A stretch of DNA of 62,982 nucleotides, counting the filler, from Licmophora abbreviata (Eukaryota): assembly GCA_900291995.1 (NCBI GenBank). It is 12 parts of 12 records of this genome, joined end to end, with 100 filler letters (N's around TTAATTAATTAA, not from the genome) between each part and the next. Parts side by side here need not be neighbours in the genome. Positions count along the whole stretch, not along the records: positions 58,739 to 62,982 come from OLMU01001328.1; 11 more parts are not named here. One strand, 5' to 3'. This document shows, piece by piece, positions 58,783-62,982 of this stretch. The position numbers and the translations under genes are program-made. The notes under the pieces are model-generated. The model was not told where the DNA came from, did not search any database, and saw only the letters and a program-made list of their open reading frames with translations. Each line of letters opens with the position of its first letter. The stretch's first letter is position 1.

Positions 58783-60258
58783 ATGATGCGCTTCAATTGG
58801 GCAGTGGAACCTTGGATGGCTCTGGGGTCTGTCGTCGTACTTGTTTTGCTCAACCGTCCGCGGTTGCAGAAATGGTTGCAAGATCGGTCCAGTAGAGCCA
58901 AGGAGGCTATACTGGTAGAATGTCGACTTCAGTTGTCACAGCTGCTGGGATCTATCGCCGCTCCTTTGCTTCCTGCATCGGACCGCTCCTATTGTGCATC
59001 AACCGCCACACGGGCCATCAGTACTGCGAGCATGGCACTGCGTAGCAGACACTTTTTAGTGTCATTGGTCCAAGACTTTGCCACCCCCCATGTGGCGCTC
59101 TTGTTGGAGATGGATCTTGCCTTGGAACGACTCCGTAGCGCCACAAGCTTGTCGCTGGGACTGGGACACGACTCACCGTCGGTAGATCGTGTCGAACGCG
59201 TGGCCCTGCGGCGAAAGCACCGTCGAACGGGCATCAGTCGGATGAGACGATTTCTATCGGACTGCATGAGGAAGCAGTATAGATCGTTGTTGCGAATGGA
59301 AGAACTGCTGCAGGGTGAAAGTGCGACACGTACTGAAGACGAAATACCAGATATTATCAGTCTCAGCTGGCTGGGTGCATTTCGGCGTCGACTTGCGGAG
59401 CAGCTGTCGAGAACAGTGTCTGAAACATTGACTTCGAATATGGATGATGTCCCATTTGTTATTGCCGCTTTGCGTGACTCGGGAGTTTGGGCTCAGGAGG
59501 CACATCGGTACCTTATCAGTGTTCAGGATCTAGTCACGGATCCTCAACCGCCCATGTCTGCGTTGCAGCAACGAATGGCGGGCTTGTGTCGGGTATTCAA
59601 TTCTGCGCACGTAGCACTCGTGGCATGGCAAGAGTCAATGGCGCACCCGACCAAGGCACTGCAGTGGTGTGAATTATTTCAAGGGCTGCTCCAGGAAACC
59701 GCAGAACTGCTTGATGAATTCCACCAGCATCTTGTTGAATCAGACGATTCAAGGCAGCAGCGAGATAGTCCACAGCAAAGACAGCCGGATGATCCGAAGG
59801 AGAGTCGATCAGCTTGTGACACTGAAAAGTACGAACATGGTGGAGTTCGTTCCGTCGAAGCCGATGAAGCATTCGTAGTACCAACGGCTGCTAACAACAA
59901 GACGCTGGTATTTGCGGGGACTGGGACTGTCCCAAAACGTCCTAAGAAACAGACCGAGCCGAGATACGCGCCGGCGGCATCGCAAGCGAGCAACAACCCC
60001 GTGGTCCAGCTGGAGATGCTTCACGAATTGGAGACTCGTCTTGCCACCATTCGTCTGGACGAAGCGAGAGAAAACGAAGGAGATGGAGAACTGGACTCTG
60101 TGGGCGAATTTCAGGTACGAAAGTCGGCCTCGACAAGCACGACAGAGTCTTCCGCTCCTACGAAACGGACGACGTCCATGTTTCTGGGTGTTTCTGCCGA
60201 CTTGCTACGCGAGGCACAGCGGTCAATCAATGAAACGTCGACCTCTATTGTTGCTTGA
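58783..60258 (+). CDS. Hypothetical membrane/coiled-coil protein, possibly vezatin-like; true 5' end may lie in gap
   Basis: 491-codon ORF with an N-terminal TM. LRSATSLSLGLG..PSVDRVE and MLHELETRL loosely recall vezatin motifs. Confidence 0.55.
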   Translation: MMRFNWAVEPWMALGSVVVLVLLNRPRLQKWLQDRSSRAKEAILVECRLQLSQLLGSIAAPLLPASDRSYCASTATRAISTASMALRSRHFLVSLVQDFATPHVALLLEMDLALERLRSATSLSLGLGHDSPSVDRVERVALRRKHRRTGISRMRRFLSDCMRKQYRSLLRMEELLQGESATRTEDEIPDIISLSWLGAFRRRLAEQLSRTVSETLTSNMDDVPFVIAALRDSGVWAQEAHRYLISVQDLVTDPQPPMSALQQRMAGLCRVFNSAHVALVAWQESMAHPTKALQWCELFQGLLQETAELLDEFHQHLVESDDSRQQRDSPQQRQPDDPKESRSACDTEKYEHGGVRSVEADEAFVVPTAANNKTLVFAGTGTVPKRPKKQTEPRYAPAASQASNNPVVQLEMLHELETRLATIRLDEARENEGDGELDSVGEFQVRKSASTSTTESSAPTKRTTSMFLGVSADLLREAQRSINETSTSIVA

Positions 60259-60324
60259 CAGCCTCTAGAGTAGACCTAGCTAGGCTTAGATCTCGAACAA
60301 GATCTTTGTATTCTTGTAGATGCA

Positions 60325-61143
60325 TCACAGATCCCATTCGAAATCCTCGGGCGCCGACATCCAAGGCGGACGTTCTTTGACAATGAGCTTCATCACGATA
60401 CAGTTCTTGTCATGAGCACCAGGCAAGTATCCCAAAGAGACAAGAAACTCCTTTGTGATTTCACCGCCTGTAAATCGAAAGTGTTTTTTGAAGAGCTTGA
60501 CCCACTCTGGCTTGGAAAGAGGATGATGAGCATTGAGCCATCCCTCAAAGGAGCCATACTTTCTGAGCTTTCGAAAGGCGACTATGCTCTGGGCGTTGAA
60601 GACCGCAGCCGAGATCTTGAGCTTGTTTCGAATCACACGAGCGTCATTGCGAAGACGCTCTTTATCCACTTCCGTGTACTGAGCTACCGTATCCACATCG
60701 AACCCGTCGTATGCCTCCTCAATGCCCTGTCGCTTCTTCAGAATGGTCAGCCAGCTGAGCCCAGCTTGGTTCATTTCGAGAAGCAGGCGTCCAAACAAGG
60801 CATTGTCGTCGCCACGAATAGGAAATCCGTATTCCTCATCATGATAAGGACCGTAGTACTCGTGATCGATGGACGCTGCACAAAAGCTAGTCTTTGCCAC
60901 GGAATTTTTGTCTGACGCCGATGCAGCCATTCTGAAGCTGCTCTTGCTGTAAGTGGCTGGGGGGTGGCGTTGTAGCACCAAATTGACTGATCGGAGGGCC
61001 GCTACTCGTCTTCCAAATGTCAAATACGATACCAGCATCCAAGAAACGAGTCTCAGGAGCGACCCAAGCTTAGCATCAGCACTGATCGAAGTGATCTTTG
61101 TGCCGAGACTCATGTGTGGGATGTGGGATGCCATCCCATTCAA
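60325..61143 (-). CDS. DNA-3-methyladenine glycosylase I (Tag family); start uncertain (ATG 61143, 61038 or 60930)
   Basis: YHDEEYGFP, LLEMNQAGLSWLTILKKR, IRNKLKI, FKKHFRFTG, GAHDKNC. Confidence 0.92.
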   Translation of the reverse strand: MNGMASHIPHMSLGTKITSISADAKLGSLLRLVSWMLVSYLTFGRRVAALRSVNLVLQRHPPATYSKSSFRMAASASDKNSVAKTSFCAASIDHEYYGPYHDEEYGFPIRGDDNALFGRLLLEMNQAGLSWLTILKKRQGIEEAYDGFDVDTVAQYTEVDKERLRNDARVIRNKLKISAAVFNAQSIVAFRKLRKYGSFEGWLNAHHPLSKPEWVKLFKKHFRFTGGEITKEFLVSLGYLPGAHDKNCIVMKLIVKERPPWMSAPEDFEWDL

Positions 61144-61355
61144 TCTACTGCTCCACGAAGATCGTCGGTGGCAATATTGAAAACTCCGGGTCTCTCATGG
61201 TCTCTGTCCTCAGGGACAACGGGCGACGCTCAGACTGGGCCGGCCATGAAGAAGCATGGGCGAGGCAAGTCGACTACTCTATAATGGAACGCAAGCCAGA
61301 ACGATCGAAGTACCAGTACCGACGCAAACTGAGAAAGCTTTACCCCAGCTGCGTT

Positions 61356-62836
61356 CTATCTTATTGCATCCTTTTCTTTTCGTCTTCTGAAAGCTTCGAT
61401 GCGATTCTCAAGATCTTTCGCCGACTCGGTGTGGTTTCTCGAAAAGATATCATCCCGATCCTTATCCCCGTCCACTGTGAGGCGAAGGATTCTCTTTCCA
61501 CTAGACTTCATAAATACATATAAAAAGTCACTGAAAACCCCAAAGCCGTGTACAATGGCATCACACTCCTGTACCAGACGAAATGTGACCAATAGAGTCA
61601 CCATCTCATCCAGAGGGTCCATGGAGGGTAGCTGATTTTCCCATCCACCGGCGGCTCCCCGATGTCGCGTCCGGTTCAGGTAATGCCACGTGTACTCAGG
61701 GTGGAACTCCAGAGCCTCCTCAACGGCGTTAGCATCATCCGTCAGTAACAGAATCTCTTTGTACTTACGCTTGGCATGACGGAGTTGTTGCAGGTAGTCG
61801 GAAATGGCATAGTACTTTCGACTGGAATCCCCGTGCAAGACGACGTCCGACCGACGGACATGAATAACAGCACATCGTTCCTTACTGCTCATGCGTGGTG
61901 CCTTGTCACGCAGGTACTCGTAGACGTGTCGTCTAAGCCACTGGTGTGGTCGGACCAAATACTCGAGAAGCCACTGCTTGGGCAAGCCCGACGGATCAGG
62001 TTCACGAAATGCCTCCTTCTCTATACTTTCCCCAGGAGAACAGCGACCCAAAGGAAGAAAGAAGCAGAACATATCCTTGGTGGGACACACCGGTCGCGAT
62101 GCATCCTTGAGTGCTGCATAGTGCCAGGCTGTGCTGAATTCTGGGTCAAACGTCACCTGAAATGGCCGGTTCGTTTCCAAACCATGCAAAAGTCCGTCCA
62201 CAAGGTTGTTCATGTCGGCACCAAAACCTGAATCCCACCTGAAGAAAAGTAGAACGTAAGCACGCGAATTCCTTTCACAATGTTGTCTCTCCTCTTTGGA
62301 CTCACATATATTTTGTATAGACGTTGTCACAGTCGCCCGTGAACTGCAGATCATGGAGCTTGCGCAGATAGCTCGTTCTGCCCTTTCTGTCCACCGGGTC
62401 TCGCCAGAAGCAGAAAGCTTCGTCAGTCTCTTCGGCGAGACGCCACTCGGGGTTGTGAGTCCACCAGGTATCCATGTTAAGAGTCCATGGAATACACACT
62501 TGGCTTGTATCGCTCAATCCTGGATGGAACACTTCTGAGTGCGTCCAGTGAATTTTGGGCGCACTTTTCTCTACTTTTGCGTTCTCTAATGCCGAAAAAA
62601 CCTACTCTCCAGATAGCTTCCTCTGACTCCAATCCATTTTTCGTCAAGAGGTGGTTTTCGACTTGAGGGGCCTGATGGGCTAAAACCGTGATGCGATCGC
62701 ACGATTCGAAAGATTGGGCGCTCCATGTAGCAGAATGTATGGCCCAGAGGGATATGATTCCTACAAGCAACGCAACTAAGAGGATATTCTGCCGATAGAT
62801 CCATGTCTTTGAAACGGTCGTCACCACGAGCGCCAT
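61356..62836 (-). CDS. GT23-like alpha-1,6-fucosyltransferase (FUT8/NodZ-like), type II membrane (intron 62305-62239; frameshift or small intron near 62600)
   Basis: N-terminal TM, KYM|WDSGFGAD, IHVRRSD, LLLTDD, CDAIVHGFGVF. Confidence 0.8.
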
Positions 62837-62982
62837 CTTAATCAAAGAAGGCCCTTCTCCACATGACAGCAGGGGCGACTCTAGCAGAAGCACAGGAGCA
62901 TAGGAGCACACAACTCTCATCCATCCTGCACCGATCACCTTTGCTGAGATGCTTTGTATTTTCAATTTTGTATCATTGCACT

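Noticed and set aside
4627..61143. DNA-repair gene cluster (RAD7-like, DUT, GEN1, RAD9, Tag)
   Set aside because: The genes are spread over 56 kb among unrelated genes on both strands, with no evidence of a functional cluster beyond the promoter motifs reported.
1..62982. Prokaryotic defence system, prophage, rRNA/tRNA or transposon
   Set aside because: Spliceosomal introns and eukaryotic housekeeping genes occur throughout, and I recognised no integrase, transposase, RT, cas or structured RNA gene by eye.

Overview
This is gene-dense eukaryotic nuclear DNA, most likely from a diatom (inferred from short GT-AG introns of about 65-140 nt, bipartite 'xAF' plastid presequences, a diatom-type NRT2 N-terminus and a large diatom-style PPR protein). 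It is not prokaryotic. The window is a scaffold of 12 contigs joined by 11 artificial 100-nt spacers (N44-TTAATTAATTAA-N44). About 37 protein genes are supportable. They include DNA-repair and nucleotide genes (RAD7-like, dUTPase, GEN1, RAD9, Tag glycosylase), tRNA and translation genes (TPT1, TrmB-like, FARSA, eIF1AD), chaperone cofactors (cyclophilin, prefoldin 3, UXT-like, phosducin-like), glycosylation and Golgi genes (TMEM260-like, GT77, GT14, GT23, COG7), two bacterial-type FMO paralogs, a BBE-like oxidase, NRT2 and several orphans. Three spacers close on their own flank overlaps and restore single genes. Four genes carry single-base frameshifts in short homopolymers, probably sequencing errors. 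I found no rRNA, tRNA, CRISPR array or transposon, and no operon-like novel system is demonstrable. The best novelty candidates are a Zn-finger + apolipoprotein-L-like protein, an FHA protein with a tandem ~115-aa unknown domain, an orphan with possible GHKL-like ancestry, and recurrent promoter motifs (E2F/CHR-like palindromes, CGACTCACTC, TACCGGTA). All family assignments come from motif recognition by eye; no database searches were run.
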